Source of the DNA: Terriglobales bacterium
Lineage (GTDB): Bacteria; Acidobacteriota; Terriglobia; Terriglobales; SCQP01
Direction: 5' to 3'
Length of the DNA stretch: 64,000 nucleotides
NCBI GenBank assembly: GCA_050747905.1
Contig: JBOGKQ010000006.1
Location: forward strand, 52,980-116,979
The notes beneath the pieces are model-generated. The model ran no database searches, was not told the origin of the DNA, and saw only the letters and a program-made list of their open reading frames with translations. Below are positions 9,894 through 18,591 of this stretch, piece after piece (positions within the stretch are counted from its first letter, which is position 1; each line of letters begins with the position of its first letter). The position numbers and the translations under genes are program-made.

Positions 9894-10475
9894 CTAGCGT
9901 TTGAGCACGCGGCGGCCCTGAAGGCGGTAGGCGCCCGAAACCACGCGGCGGATGGCGTCCGGATAAAGCCGGTGTTCCTCGATCAGAATGCGGGCGGCGA
10001 GCGCGTCGGCGTCGTCGCCTTCCAGCACGGGGACTGCGGCCTGGGCGATGATCGGTCCGCCATCCAGGGTTTCGTCCACAAAGTGGACGGAGCAGCCGGA
10101 AAATTTCACCCCCGCGTCAATCGCCTGCTGCTGGGCGTCGAGACCGGGAAATGCCGGCAAAAGCGAGGGATGGATGTTCAGGATGTGGCCGGGATAGGCG
10201 GTGATGAAATAGCCGCTGAGCATACGCATGTAGCCGGCGAGGCACACCAGCTCCACTCCGGCGGCCCGCAACCGGGCCACCACGTCGCGGTCATAGTCCT
10301 CGCGCTCGCGACCGGCGCTGGGCAGCGCGCATACCGGCAGTCCCCGGGCCTGCGCCCAAGCCAGACCCGGCGCCTGCGGGCGGTTGCTGAGCACGAGCGC
10401 GAGGTCGCCAGGAAACGCCGCTGCGATCGCTTGCAGATTCGAGCCGCGGCCCGAGATGAGCACGCCGAGTTTCAT
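9894..10475 (-). CDS. purN: Phosphoribosylglycinamide formyltransferase
   Basis: The start is trimmed to ATG 10475 (MKLGVLISGRGSNLQAI). Motifs NIHPSLLPAFPG and GCSVHFVDETLDGGPII are present. It is adjacent to purM. Confidence 0.9.
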   Translation of the reverse strand: MKLGVLISGRGSNLQAIAAAFPGDLALVLSNRPQAPGLAWAQARGLPVCALPSAGREREDYDRDVVARLRAAGVELVCLAGYMRMLSGYFITAYPGHILNIHPSLLPAFPGLDAQQQAIDAGVKFSGCSVHFVDETLDGGPIIAQAAVPVLEGDDADALAARILIEEHRLYPDAIRRVVSGAYRLQGRRVLKR

Positions 10476-10479
10476 GTCC

Positions 10480-11499
10480 CTACTTCCACTGCACCCGCCG
10501 GGAGCCGGCAACCAGGCGGCCGAGGCGCAGCGGCGCTTCTCCCTGGCGCCGGAGATAACCCAGAAAGGCCTCGGCCTCCGTGGGGCGAACCACCGCAATC
10601 ATGCCAATGCCCAAATTGAAGGTACGGCGCATTTCGCCCAGCGGGACATGGCCGAGGCGTTGCAGCAGGGTGAAAAGCGGCGGCCAGGACCAGGCGCTGG
10701 TTTCGATTTCCGGGGCGCAGCCGGGGGGCAGAATGCGTGGCAAATTGCCCGGAATGCCGCCGCCGGTGATGTGCGCCAGACCGCGCAAGCGGCCCAGCCA
10801 GGGCCGCAGCAGCGACAGATAACTACGATGTTCGGCGAGCAGCGCTTCGGCCCAGCTGGCGCCGCCGAGTTCTTTGGGCCGCGCCGAGGCACGGAAGCGC
10901 GGAAATAAGATGCTCCGCGCCAGCGCATAGCCGTTGGTGTGCAGGCCCGCCGAGCGCAGGCCGATCAGCACATCGCCGGAGCGGATGGTGGCGCCGGTGA
11001 GCAACGCGCGGCGCTCGACCCAGCCGACAATGCAACCTGCCACATCGTATTCGCCTGGCGCATAGAAACCGGGCATTTCCGCGGTTTCACCGCCCAGCAG
11101 CACGCAGCCGTTTTCGCGGCACCCGCGGCTCAGGCCCTCCACCAGCGCCGCCACCGTGGGCGGGTGCATGCGGCCGAGAGCGATATAGTCGAGAAAAAAC
11201 AGCGGCTGCGCGCCCTGCACCAGGATGTCGTTGACGCAATGGTTGACCAGGTCGCGGCCGACAGTGTTGTGCATGCCGGTCTGGAAGGCGAGTTTAAGTT
11301 TGGTTCCCACGCCATCCATGCTGGCCACCAGCACCGGCTGACGCTTCCCGCCCGGCAATTGGAAGAGCCCGCCGAAGCTGCCGATTTCAGACAGCACCTG
11401 GCGGTTGAACGTCGCCCGGGCGAGACGCTGGATGCGCGCCTTGGCACGATCGGCGGTGGCGATGTCAACGCCGGCGGCGGCGTAGGTATGGCGCTTCAT
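10480..11499 (-). CDS. purM: Phosphoribosylformylglycinamidine cyclo-ligase (AIR synthetase)
   Basis: 339 aa. YAAAGVDI, MDGVGTKL, DYIALG, GGETAEMPG and HITGGG motifs are present. Confidence 0.95.
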   Translation of the reverse strand: MKRHTYAAAGVDIATADRAKARIQRLARATFNRQVLSEIGSFGGLFQLPGGKRQPVLVASMDGVGTKLKLAFQTGMHNTVGRDLVNHCVNDILVQGAQPLFFLDYIALGRMHPPTVAALVEGLSRGCRENGCVLLGGETAEMPGFYAPGEYDVAGCIVGWVERRALLTGATIRSGDVLIGLRSAGLHTNGYALARSILFPRFRASARPKELGGASWAEALLAEHRSYLSLLRPWLGRLRGLAHITGGGIPGNLPRILPPGCAPEIETSAWSWPPLFTLLQRLGHVPLGEMRRTFNLGIGMIAVVRPTEAEAFLGYLRRQGEAPLRLGRLVAGSRRVQWK

Positions 11500-11543
11500 G
11501 GGAAAGCAAAACTATAGCATCCTGCGGGGCTTAGAATGGAGGC

Positions 11544-12092
11544 GTGGCTCTCGAATTCACAACCTCGTGTCTGGCGGATTCGCTGGCGCTGTTCCGCTTT
11601 TACAAACAGATGGGCGAGCGCGCCATGGCCCAACTCAGCGACGCGCAGTTGCTGGATGCGTTCGATCCGGAAATGAACTCCGTGGCGCAGATCGTCAAGC
11701 ACATGGCCGGCAACATGCGCTCGCGCTGGCTGGGGTTTCCCGAGGCGGATGGCGAAAAGCCGGACCGGAACCGCGACAGCGAGTTCGAGGCGCCGCCGCA
11801 GACGCGCGCCGAAGTACTGCGGCTCTGGGAGCAAGGCTGGCAGTACGTGTTGGATGCGCTGACGCCGCTGACCGACGCCGACATGACCCGGACCACCACC
11901 ATCCGCGGCGAAAAGCATTCCGTGATGCAGACTGTGCATCGGCAGGTGGCGCATTACGCCTACCACGTGGGGCAGATCGTGTTTTTGGCCAAGCACCTGC
12001 GCGGCGCGGCTTGGCAGAGCCTCAGCATTCCGCGCGGCAAGTCGGCCGAGTTCACGCGGCGGGTGCAGACCGGCCAGGCCAGCCAGCGCTAG
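11544..12092 (+). CDS. DinB-superfamily protein (DUF1572-like)
   Basis: GTG start preceded by GGAGG. The four-helix-bundle DinB pattern carries His residues (VKHMAGN...HYAYHVGQIVFLAKHL). Confidence 0.7.
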   Translation: MALEFTTSCLADSLALFRFYKQMGERAMAQLSDAQLLDAFDPEMNSVAQIVKHMAGNMRSRWLGFPEADGEKPDRNRDSEFEAPPQTRAEVLRLWEQGWQYVLDALTPLTDADMTRTTTIRGEKHSVMQTVHRQVAHYAYHVGQIVFLAKHLRGAAWQSLSIPRGKSAEFTRRVQTGQASQR

Positions 12093-12126
12093 AAGCGGTC
12101 TGGCTCGGTTGACATGCTTCGTGACC

Positions 12127-12150
12127 TAAGCGGGGCGCGCGCCAACATTT
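12127..12150 (+). repeat. Dispersed mosaic repeat, minimal copy H (start of M5 fused to end of M7)
   Basis: TAAGCGGGGCGCGCGCCAACATTT corresponds to the ATAAGCGGG(R)CGCGC... and ...GCGCCAACATT ends of the longer copies. Confidence 0.6.
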
Positions 12151-12318
12151 GTGCTGGCGTTCGAGGTTATGATTCGGTTGGGGCTGGACTGGACGGTAAA
12201 CACGGTCATTGCGGTTGCAGGCGCAGTTAACATTACACTCATGCTGATGTTGATCCCCCAATTGGGTCCGCAGGGAATGGCGGAAGCCGTGATCGCGAGT
12301 CAGGGAGCCAGCGCTTGA
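12151..12318 (+). pseudogene. C-terminal remnant of a MOP/Wzx-type polysaccharide flippase
   Basis: Manual translation gives VLAFEVMIRLGLDWTVNTVIAVAGAVNITLMLMLIPQLGPQGMAEAVIASQGASA*. This aligns by eye with the C-terminus of the intact flippase at 14825..16141 (DRELNLAVAGAAVVNIVLMLVLVPRFGSVGMVWSVLVS). An in-frame stop at 12127-12129 and repeat copy H lie immediately upstream. Confidence 0.45.
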
Positions 12319-13460
12319 AACCGCGTTGGGTAGTCGTGGGAGCGGGCTTTTCCGGTGCGACCCTGGCACAGCAGATAGCCAGCCGCACCCACGAGCACGT
12401 CCTCGTGTTGGACCGTCGTGGCCACATCGGCGGCAACGCCTACGACGAATATGACGCCCACGGAATCCTGGTGCACCGCTACGGGCCGCACATTTTTCAC
12501 ACCAATGCGGCACGCGTGTTCCAGTATCTTTCGCAATTTACGCAGTGGCGGCCCTATGAGCACCGCGTCCTGGCGCGGGTTGAGGGCCAGCTACTGCCCG
12601 TGCCGATCAACCGCACCACGGTCAATCGCCTGTACGGTCTTGACTTGGATGAGGCGGGAGTTGCCGCGTTTTACGAGCGCGTGCGCGAGCCACGCATCCC
12701 CGTGCGCACCAGCGAGGATCTGGTGATTGGTAGCATCGGCCGGGATTTGTTTGAGAAATTTTTTCGCGGCTACACGCGCAAGCAGTGGGGTCTGGACGCG
12801 AGCCAACTGGCCGCGTCGGTGGCCGCGCGCATTCCCTATCGGAGCAACGACGACGACCGATATTTCACCGATGATTTCCAGTTCATGCCCGCGGCCGGCT
12901 ACACCGCCTTGTTCCGCAGCATGCTGGACCATCCGAGCATCCGGGTGGAACTCGGTGTAGATTTCCAGTCCTTCCGCCGCCGCTGGGAACCTGAGCAATT
13001 AATCTACACAGGTCCAATTGACGAATACTTCGGCAACTGCTTCGGCCCGCTGGCGTACCGTTCGTTGCGGTTTGAATTCGAGCACTTTTCCGCGCTCCCG
13101 CAGTTCCAGGCAGTCGGACAGGTCAACTATCCCAATGACCATGACTTTACGCGCATCACCGAGTTCAAGCACCTGACCGGCCAAACTGCACCCGGAACCA
13201 CCATAGCGCGGGAGTACCCCTGCGCGGACGGAGAGCCTTATTATCCTGTGCCCCTGGCGGCCGGGCAGGAAATATGGGAACGCTACCATACCCGCGCTTC
13301 AGCCATGAAGAATGTGCACTTTGTCGGCCGGCTGGCGCAGTACCGTTACTACAATATGGACCAGGCCGTAGCGGCGGCGCTCAAGGCCGCCGACTCAATT
13401 CTGTCGAGCATTCCAGAGCGCAAGCCTGGGCCGCCTCGCCCCAGGAAGACTCATGCATGA
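12315..13460 (+). CDS. glf: UDP-galactopyranose mutase
   Basis: 381 aa with a TTG start. Motifs VVGAGFSGATLA, GHIGGNAYD, HRYGPHIFHT, YTRKQWG, NYPN and RLAQYRYYNMDQ are present. Confidence 0.9.
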   Translation: MKPRWVVVGAGFSGATLAQQIASRTHEHVLVLDRRGHIGGNAYDEYDAHGILVHRYGPHIFHTNAARVFQYLSQFTQWRPYEHRVLARVEGQLLPVPINRTTVNRLYGLDLDEAGVAAFYERVREPRIPVRTSEDLVIGSIGRDLFEKFFRGYTRKQWGLDASQLAASVAARIPYRSNDDDRYFTDDFQFMPAAGYTALFRSMLDHPSIRVELGVDFQSFRRRWEPEQLIYTGPIDEYFGNCFGPLAYRSLRFEFEHFSALPQFQAVGQVNYPNDHDFTRITEFKHLTGQTAPGTTIAREYPCADGEPYYPVPLAAGQEIWERYHTRASAMKNVHFVGRLAQYRYYNMDQAVAAALKAADSILSSIPERKPGPPRPRKTHA

Positions 13461-13606
13461 ACGCTCACATGGCTCCCGCTCGGCCTCCGCCCCAGCCGCT
13501 GGTTAGCATCCTACGCCCCGACGGCCGTTGTCGATGCCGCTGCTGCGAGCGCGGGCGAGGTTGAGCCGGCGCCGCTGCCCGCCGCCCGCCTGACCGTACA
13601 CAAATC

Positions 13607-13640
13607 GCGGGGCCCGCGCCAACATCCCGCGCCAACTTTG
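13607..13640 (+). repeat. Dispersed mosaic repeat, short copy G (M7 core with a duplicated end)
   Basis: CGCGGGGCCCGCGCCAACATCCCGCGCCAACTTTG, lying between glf and the tRNA. Confidence 0.55.
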
Positions 13641-13667
13641 ATAAAATTGATTGCTTCAGTCCGCAGC

Positions 13668-13744
13668 GGCGGCGTAGCTCAGATGGTTAGAGCGAGGGTC
13701 TCATAATCCCTAGGCCAGTGGTTCGAGTCCACTCGCCGCCACCA
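13668..13744 (+). tRNA. tRNA with anticodon CAT (elongator tRNA-Met, or tRNA-Ile2 if lysidine-modified)
   Basis: Folded by hand into a 77-nt cloverleaf. Acceptor stem is GGCGGCG/CGCCGCC, D stem GCTC/GAGC, anticodon loop CTCATAA, T stem AGTGG/CCACT with a TTCGAGT loop, discriminator A and an encoded CCA. The 1:72 position is a G:C pair, so it is not an initiator. Confidence 0.9.
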
Positions 13745-13758
13745 CACTCCCCACGGCC

Positions 13759-14763
13759 ATGGCCCCATGCATTCTCGTCACTGGTGGAGCAGGCTACATC
13801 GGCAGCCACGTGGTGCTGCGCCTGCAGGCCGATTTCCACGTTGCCGTTCTGGATAACCTGAGTTGCGGTCACCGTCAACTGCTACCGCCCGGAACGGAGT
13901 TCCATCATCTCGATCTCCGCGACCGCGCGGGCGTCTCCGCTCTGTTCCGCGATCACCATTTCGATGCGGTGATACACTTCGCGGCGCGCGCCTACGTCGG
14001 CGAATCCATGCAGCAACCCGGCCGCTACTTCGAAAACAACGTCACGGGCACGCAGAACCTGCTCGACGCGATGACCGGCACTGGAGTTTCCACCCTCGTA
14101 TTTTCTTCCACTTGCGCGGTCTACGGCACCCCGCAGGCGCCGCTCAACGAGACGCACCGGCTAGCGCCGATCAACCCCTACGGCGAGTCCAAGGCCATGG
14201 TGGAACGGATGCTGCACTGGTACCATCAGATCCACGGGCTCCGCTATCTCGCGCTGCGCTATTTCAACGCTGCCGGCGCCGACCCGCAGGGGCGCTCCGG
14301 CGAGTGGCACGAACCGGAACCGCACCTCATTCCACGGCTGCTTGCCGCAGCGGAGGCTAACCTCCCCTTCCCCGTCTATGGCACCGACTTCCCCACGCGC
14401 GACGGTTCCTGCATCCGCGACTTCATCCACGTAACCGATCTTGCCGAGGCCCATGTCGCCGGCCTGCGCTATCTCGAACAGGGCGGTGCCCCAGGGAGCG
14501 TCAATCTCGGCACCGGCACGGGAATCTCGGTGCTCGATGCGGTAGCCCGCGCGCAGGCAGTGCTCGACCGACCCATTGCGGTCGAGCCCCAGCCCCGCCG
14601 CGCCGGCGACCCCGCCGAGCTGGTCGCCAGTGCGGATCGCGCGCGGGAGATGCTGGGCTGGGTTCCCCAGCATTCCCGCTTTGACCACATCCTGCGCGAC
14701 GCCTGGGCGTGGCAGCAGCGCCTGCCCGCCATCCGAAAGCTTGCAATTGCCGCGCACGCATGA
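13759..14763 (+). CDS. galE: UDP-glucose 4-epimerase
   Basis: 334 aa. It has ILVTGGAGYIGSH, the YGESK catalytic motif and LRYFNAAGADP. The ATG lies only 14 nt after the tRNA CCA end. Confidence 0.9.
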   Translation: MAPCILVTGGAGYIGSHVVLRLQADFHVAVLDNLSCGHRQLLPPGTEFHHLDLRDRAGVSALFRDHHFDAVIHFAARAYVGESMQQPGRYFENNVTGTQNLLDAMTGTGVSTLVFSSTCAVYGTPQAPLNETHRLAPINPYGESKAMVERMLHWYHQIHGLRYLALRYFNAAGADPQGRSGEWHEPEPHLIPRLLAAAEANLPFPVYGTDFPTRDGSCIRDFIHVTDLAEAHVAGLRYLEQGGAPGSVNLGTGTGISVLDAVARAQAVLDRPIAVEPQPRRAGDPAELVASADRAREMLGWVPQHSRFDHILRDAWAWQQRLPAIRKLAIAAHA

Positions 14764-14824
14764 GGCCGGCGCGGCTGCGCCGCGCGCTTAAGCTTGCGTC
14801 AGGATGCCCGCGAGTAGAGCGACT

Positions 14825-16141
14825 TTACTCATCGCCCGCCGCTTGGCTCACGGCCGGTTTGTGGGTAGGCGCGCGGCGCAGCAGCAGCAGAGCCGCTTGC
14901 CCGCCGGTTACCACCGTTTCGCTGACCAACACGGACCAAACCATGCCAACGGACCCGAAACGCGGCACCAAGACCAGCATCAGTACAATGTTGACCACCG
15001 CCGCGCCCGCCACGGCCAGGTTGAGCTCTCTGTCCATGCCTAGCGGCAGCATGATCTGGAAGCCCAGCACATTGGAAATTGCAATCAAGGGCAGCAGCGG
15101 CGCCAACCAGCGCAACAACACGACTGCACCTTCATAGCCGGACCCCAGAAGGAGCTTTACGGCCCACGGGGCCGCCCACACCAACACCACCGCCTCCAGG
15201 CACCCGACGGCCGCAAATACTCCCAGCAGCCGCCTGCTCACACCCAACCCACGCCGCCGGTTGCGCGTCATGAGGTACGCCATGCGCGGGAAAAGCGCCT
15301 GAGACACCGGCGTGAACACGCTCATCGAGGCACGAACGATCTTGTCGGCACCGGCGAAATCCGCCACCGCCGCGGCCGGAACGAACAATCCCAACAAAAA
15401 AGTGTTGGCTCCTGTATACAGGGCGATGGACGCCCGCAGGAAAAAAAGCGCCAGGCTTTGCCGCAGCATCCGCAACGCCGGCCGGACGCGAGGACTCTCG
15501 AAAGCAATACCGTGGTACATCCGCAAGTAGTTCACGCCCGCCGCACCCAGCGCCCCCGCCCCCATGGCGAACAGCACCGAGGCCGCCTGTTCCGGCCTCC
15601 TGACCGTGACAAACACGAAACCAGCCCCGAGCCCGGTGCCGAGCACATCAATGCCCGTCTGCCGCCCCATGCGCTCCACGCCCTGAAAAAACCAGGCCGG
15701 GCTCGCCACCTGTGCCACCGCAAGGAGACACGCGCCCCAGATAAAACCCGCCATCGCGCGGAAGCCGGGCACGAACGCCAGCATGAGCGCACCCGCCAAC
15801 GCGACTGCGCCCGCCAGCAGCAATTTTGCGCCCAACACCCCCGCAACAATGGCTTGCTGTGCTCCAGCGCAATCACGTTCACGCGCGATTTCCCGCGTGG
15901 CGGAAAAAGAAAAGCCAAAATCCGCCACCACCGCCAGTAAGCTCGCGAGGGACTGCGCAAACGCCAGGCGTCCGAATGCCTCCGGCCGTAGTACCCGCGC
16001 CAGAAACGGCACCAGCGCCAAGGGAATGAGATACCGCGCTCCTTGCGCTGCGTACAACGCCAGAGCATTGCGCGCCAGCGGATGGCGCGCGACGCCCCGA
16101 CTGGCGCGCAGCAGTTCCCGTATGCGCTCGAGTGTCTTCAT
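14825..16141 (-). CDS. wzx: Oligosaccharide/polysaccharide flippase (MOP superfamily, Wzx-like)
   Basis: 438 aa with about 12 predicted TM helices and the typical Wzx N-terminus (ARNALALYAAQGARYLIPLALVPFLARVL). Confidence 0.8.
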   Translation of the reverse strand: MKTLERIRELLRASRGVARHPLARNALALYAAQGARYLIPLALVPFLARVLRPEAFGRLAFAQSLASLLAVVADFGFSFSATREIARERDCAGAQQAIVAGVLGAKLLLAGAVALAGALMLAFVPGFRAMAGFIWGACLLAVAQVASPAWFFQGVERMGRQTGIDVLGTGLGAGFVFVTVRRPEQAASVLFAMGAGALGAAGVNYLRMYHGIAFESPRVRPALRMLRQSLALFFLRASIALYTGANTFLLGLFVPAAAVADFAGADKIVRASMSVFTPVSQALFPRMAYLMTRNRRRGLGVSRRLLGVFAAVGCLEAVVLVWAAPWAVKLLLGSGYEGAVVLLRWLAPLLPLIAISNVLGFQIMLPLGMDRELNLAVAGAAVVNIVLMLVLVPRFGSVGMVWSVLVSETVVTGGQAALLLLRRAPTHKPAVSQAAGDE

Positions 16142-16244
16142 TGGGCGCGCATAGGATGCATCGAATGAACAGAATACGCGACCATGGCCGCCACATGCCC
16201 GGAGAAGTCCCTATGCCGGTCGCTACGGTTCGTGTTAAATTACC

Positions 16245-17369
16245 ATGCTGATGGAGCTTCCACTCGTCCCCGGGCCGTTGTCTGCCCGTCTCCCCCTGGT
16301 GAGTATTCTTACGCCTAATTACAATTACGCGCGCTTCTTGCCGCGAGCGGTGGCGAGCGTACGCGCGCAGACCTACCAGGATTGGGAGATGATCATATGC
16401 GATGATTGCTCCACGGATGACTCACGGGATGTGATCCGTGAGACCGCGGCCTCTGAGCCTCGAGTCCGGCCCGTCCTGCTGGAGCGGAACCGTGGCGTAG
16501 CTGGCGCTTTGAACGCGTGCTTTGCTGCGAGCGTTGGAGATATTATTTGCCTGCTTGATGCGGATGACACTTGGGCGCCTGAGAAGATCGAGCTAGTGGT
16601 CGCTGTCGCGAGGCGTGTGCCGTCGGCAGGCTTGCTCGTGCACCCGCTCCTTCACATTGACAAGAAGCGGCGGCCGATTAGGGTTTATCCGCCTGGACCG
16701 CTTGCCTCGGGGTGGTACGGGCCGGAGATGGCTGAGTTTGGGGCGGGTCCGAACCTTCCGCCGGCCTCGGGCCTATCGCTTCGGCGCTTGGTTGCCGGTG
16801 CCGTTTTTCCGTTGCCGGAGAGTTTTCGGACGCTTGCTGACGCCGCGATCATTTGGGTGGCGGCGGCGCTAACGCGTGCTGAGGTCGTGAGCCAGTCGCC
16901 GCTGGGGACGCTCCTGATTCACGGCTCGAACGTGACGAGCGCGCAGGGCGCTCTTGAGAACTTCAAGGACGGGGGGCTCCTCGAGTCGTGGCAGAGGCTT
17001 GCAAGGGATGTTTCGGGGTTGGCCGGGCCTTGGCCGTGCCCCTGGCTTGCCGTGCTTTCCGCGCTGATCCCACGCAGGATCAGCGGGGAGATCCGCTGGT
17101 CGGATTGGCGTAGGGAGCTGCGGGATTCGGCGAGCTGGCGCCATGCTCGCGGGAAAAATCCGAAGTTCAGGCTGTTTTTCGAGGTCGTGCCGGTTTTGCC
17201 GCCGGTGTTATTTGGGCTGCTCTTTCGGCTTGCTTGTTATTGCAGCGACCTCTGGAAACGAAAGGCCGTACTGCTGCGCAGGCTGCCCCGCAGTAAAGCG
17301 AACGAGGGCCTGGCGAGGTGCCCGTCTTTCGCGGAGGGCGATGCAACCGGCGTCGGTGCGCGTGACTAG
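16245..17369 (+). CDS. Glycosyltransferase family 2
   Basis: VSILTPNYNYARFLPRAVASVRAQTYQDWEMIICDDCSTDDS and a DADD (DxD) motif are present. The C-terminus has a hydrophobic segment. Confidence 0.8.
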   Translation: MLMELPLVPGPLSARLPLVSILTPNYNYARFLPRAVASVRAQTYQDWEMIICDDCSTDDSRDVIRETAASEPRVRPVLLERNRGVAGALNACFAASVGDIICLLDADDTWAPEKIELVVAVARRVPSAGLLVHPLLHIDKKRRPIRVYPPGPLASGWYGPEMAEFGAGPNLPPASGLSLRRLVAGAVFPLPESFRTLADAAIIWVAAALTRAEVVSQSPLGTLLIHGSNVTSAQGALENFKDGGLLESWQRLARDVSGLAGPWPCPWLAVLSALIPRRISGEIRWSDWRRELRDSASWRHARGKNPKFRLFFEVVPVLPPVLFGLLFRLACYCSDLWKRKAVLLRRLPRSKANEGLARCPSFAEGDATGVGARD

Positions 17370-17432
17370 TGTCAACTTGGATGCCCAATCCAACCCGCCA
17401 CCGATCCCTGCATGCGATTGCCCTGCGGCAGG

Positions 17433-18386
17433 TCAGTCAATCTGGGACAGCAAAGTGGAAGGCGTGGCGATGGCCAGGCCGGGTTGGCTGACGACGTAAG
17501 CTCCGGCGAGGTTTGCCAGCCGCGCGATGGCCGGCAGCGGCAGGCGGGCGGCTAAGCCCAGTCCCACCACCGCGCTCACGGTGTCGCCCGCTCCGGTAAC
17601 ATCAGTGACTTGGCGGTTATGGGCCGGAAACCGACGCTCATCTCCGGCGGCATTGACCCACGCGAGCCCCTGCGCCCCCAGAGTTACCAAAAGGTGTTGG
17701 CAGCGGTGACGCCGGAGCAAGCGCAGCGCTGCGCGGCGGAAAGTGGAGAGCGACTCTACAGCGAGTCCGGTCATCGCCTCCATCTCGCGGCGATTCGGTT
17801 TCAACACGCTCGCCCCGCGGTATTGCAATTCCGGCTGCTTGGGGTCCACGCACCAGGGAAGTCCGCGGTGGGCGCAGTACCGCGCCACGCCGCGCACCAT
17901 CTCGCCGGTAACGCAGCCCTTGGCGTAATCAGAAATCACGACGGCGCCCAGGCGGGGCTGAGCTGCGAGGCGGGTGAGGATCTCCCGGGTGGCGGCGGCG
18001 GAAATCGGAAGGGTGGACTCGCGATCACAGCGCAGCATGTGCTTGTTGCGCGCCAGGATGCGGATCTTGGTGCTGGTCTGCCGTCCGGGGATTGCCAACA
18101 GTGCCCCCACCTCAATGCCCTGGCGCGGTAGGAGGTGGCGGAGGCGTTCGCCGGCGGCATCCGCACCGAGTGCGGAAAACAGCACTGGATGGCCGCCCAA
18201 GCCGGCGACATTGGCGGCGACATTGGCGGCGCCGCCGAGAGCGAAGCTTTGACGCCGGAGATGCACCACCGGCACCGGGGCTTCCGGGGAGATACGGTCG
18301 GCATCGCCCCAGAGAAAAACATCGAGCATGGTGTCGCCGATCACAGCGACGCGGCGGCCCCGCAGCAAACGCAGTGCCGTGCGCAC
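17433..18386 (-). CDS. PfkB-family D-glycero-beta-D-manno-heptose-7-phosphate kinase (HldE/RfaE domain I-like)
   Basis: VAVIGDTMLDVFLWGDADRISPEAPVPVV, the DVTGAGDT ribokinase signature and ANLAGAYVV are present. The start is set to GTG 18386. The listed ORF runs on to 18764 only by reading through repeat copy B. Confidence 0.7.
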   Translation of the reverse strand: MRTALRLLRGRRVAVIGDTMLDVFLWGDADRISPEAPVPVVHLRRQSFALGGAANVAANVAGLGGHPVLFSALGADAAGERLRHLLPRQGIEVGALLAIPGRQTSTKIRILARNKHMLRCDRESTLPISAAATREILTRLAAQPRLGAVVISDYAKGCVTGEMVRGVARYCAHRGLPWCVDPKQPELQYRGASVLKPNRREMEAMTGLAVESLSTFRRAALRLLRRHRCQHLLVTLGAQGLAWVNAAGDERRFPAHNRQVTDVTGAGDTVSAVVGLGLAARLPLPAIARLANLAGAYVVSQPGLAIATPSTLLSQID

Positions 18387-18496
18387 ACCGGCCGGGTTCG
18401 TGGGGGCGGGGCTCAAGGGACGAGAGTTTCGCAGGTGATCATTGTAGCAGTGAGCGGGTTGACGCTGCGCACTCACAGCAGGGCGGGCAACCCGAC

Positions 18497-18583
18497 GCGA
18501 GCATAAGCGGGGCGCGCGGCGCAATTCGCCCTGCGCAGTTCCAGCAGGGCGAAGCAGCCGCGCTGGGGCCCGCGCCAACATTT
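18497..18583 (+). repeat. Dispersed mosaic repeat, copy B (M5-M6-M7)
   Basis: GCGAGCATAAGCGGGGCGCGCGGCGCAATTCGCCCTGCGCAGTTCCAGCAGGGCGAAGCAGCCGCGCTGGGGCCCGCGCCAACATTT. It contains a perfect 8-bp hairpin (CGCCCTGC-N9-GCAGGGCG) and lies between two co-directional minus-strand genes. Confidence 0.9.
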
Positions 18584-18591
18584 GCCCTGCT

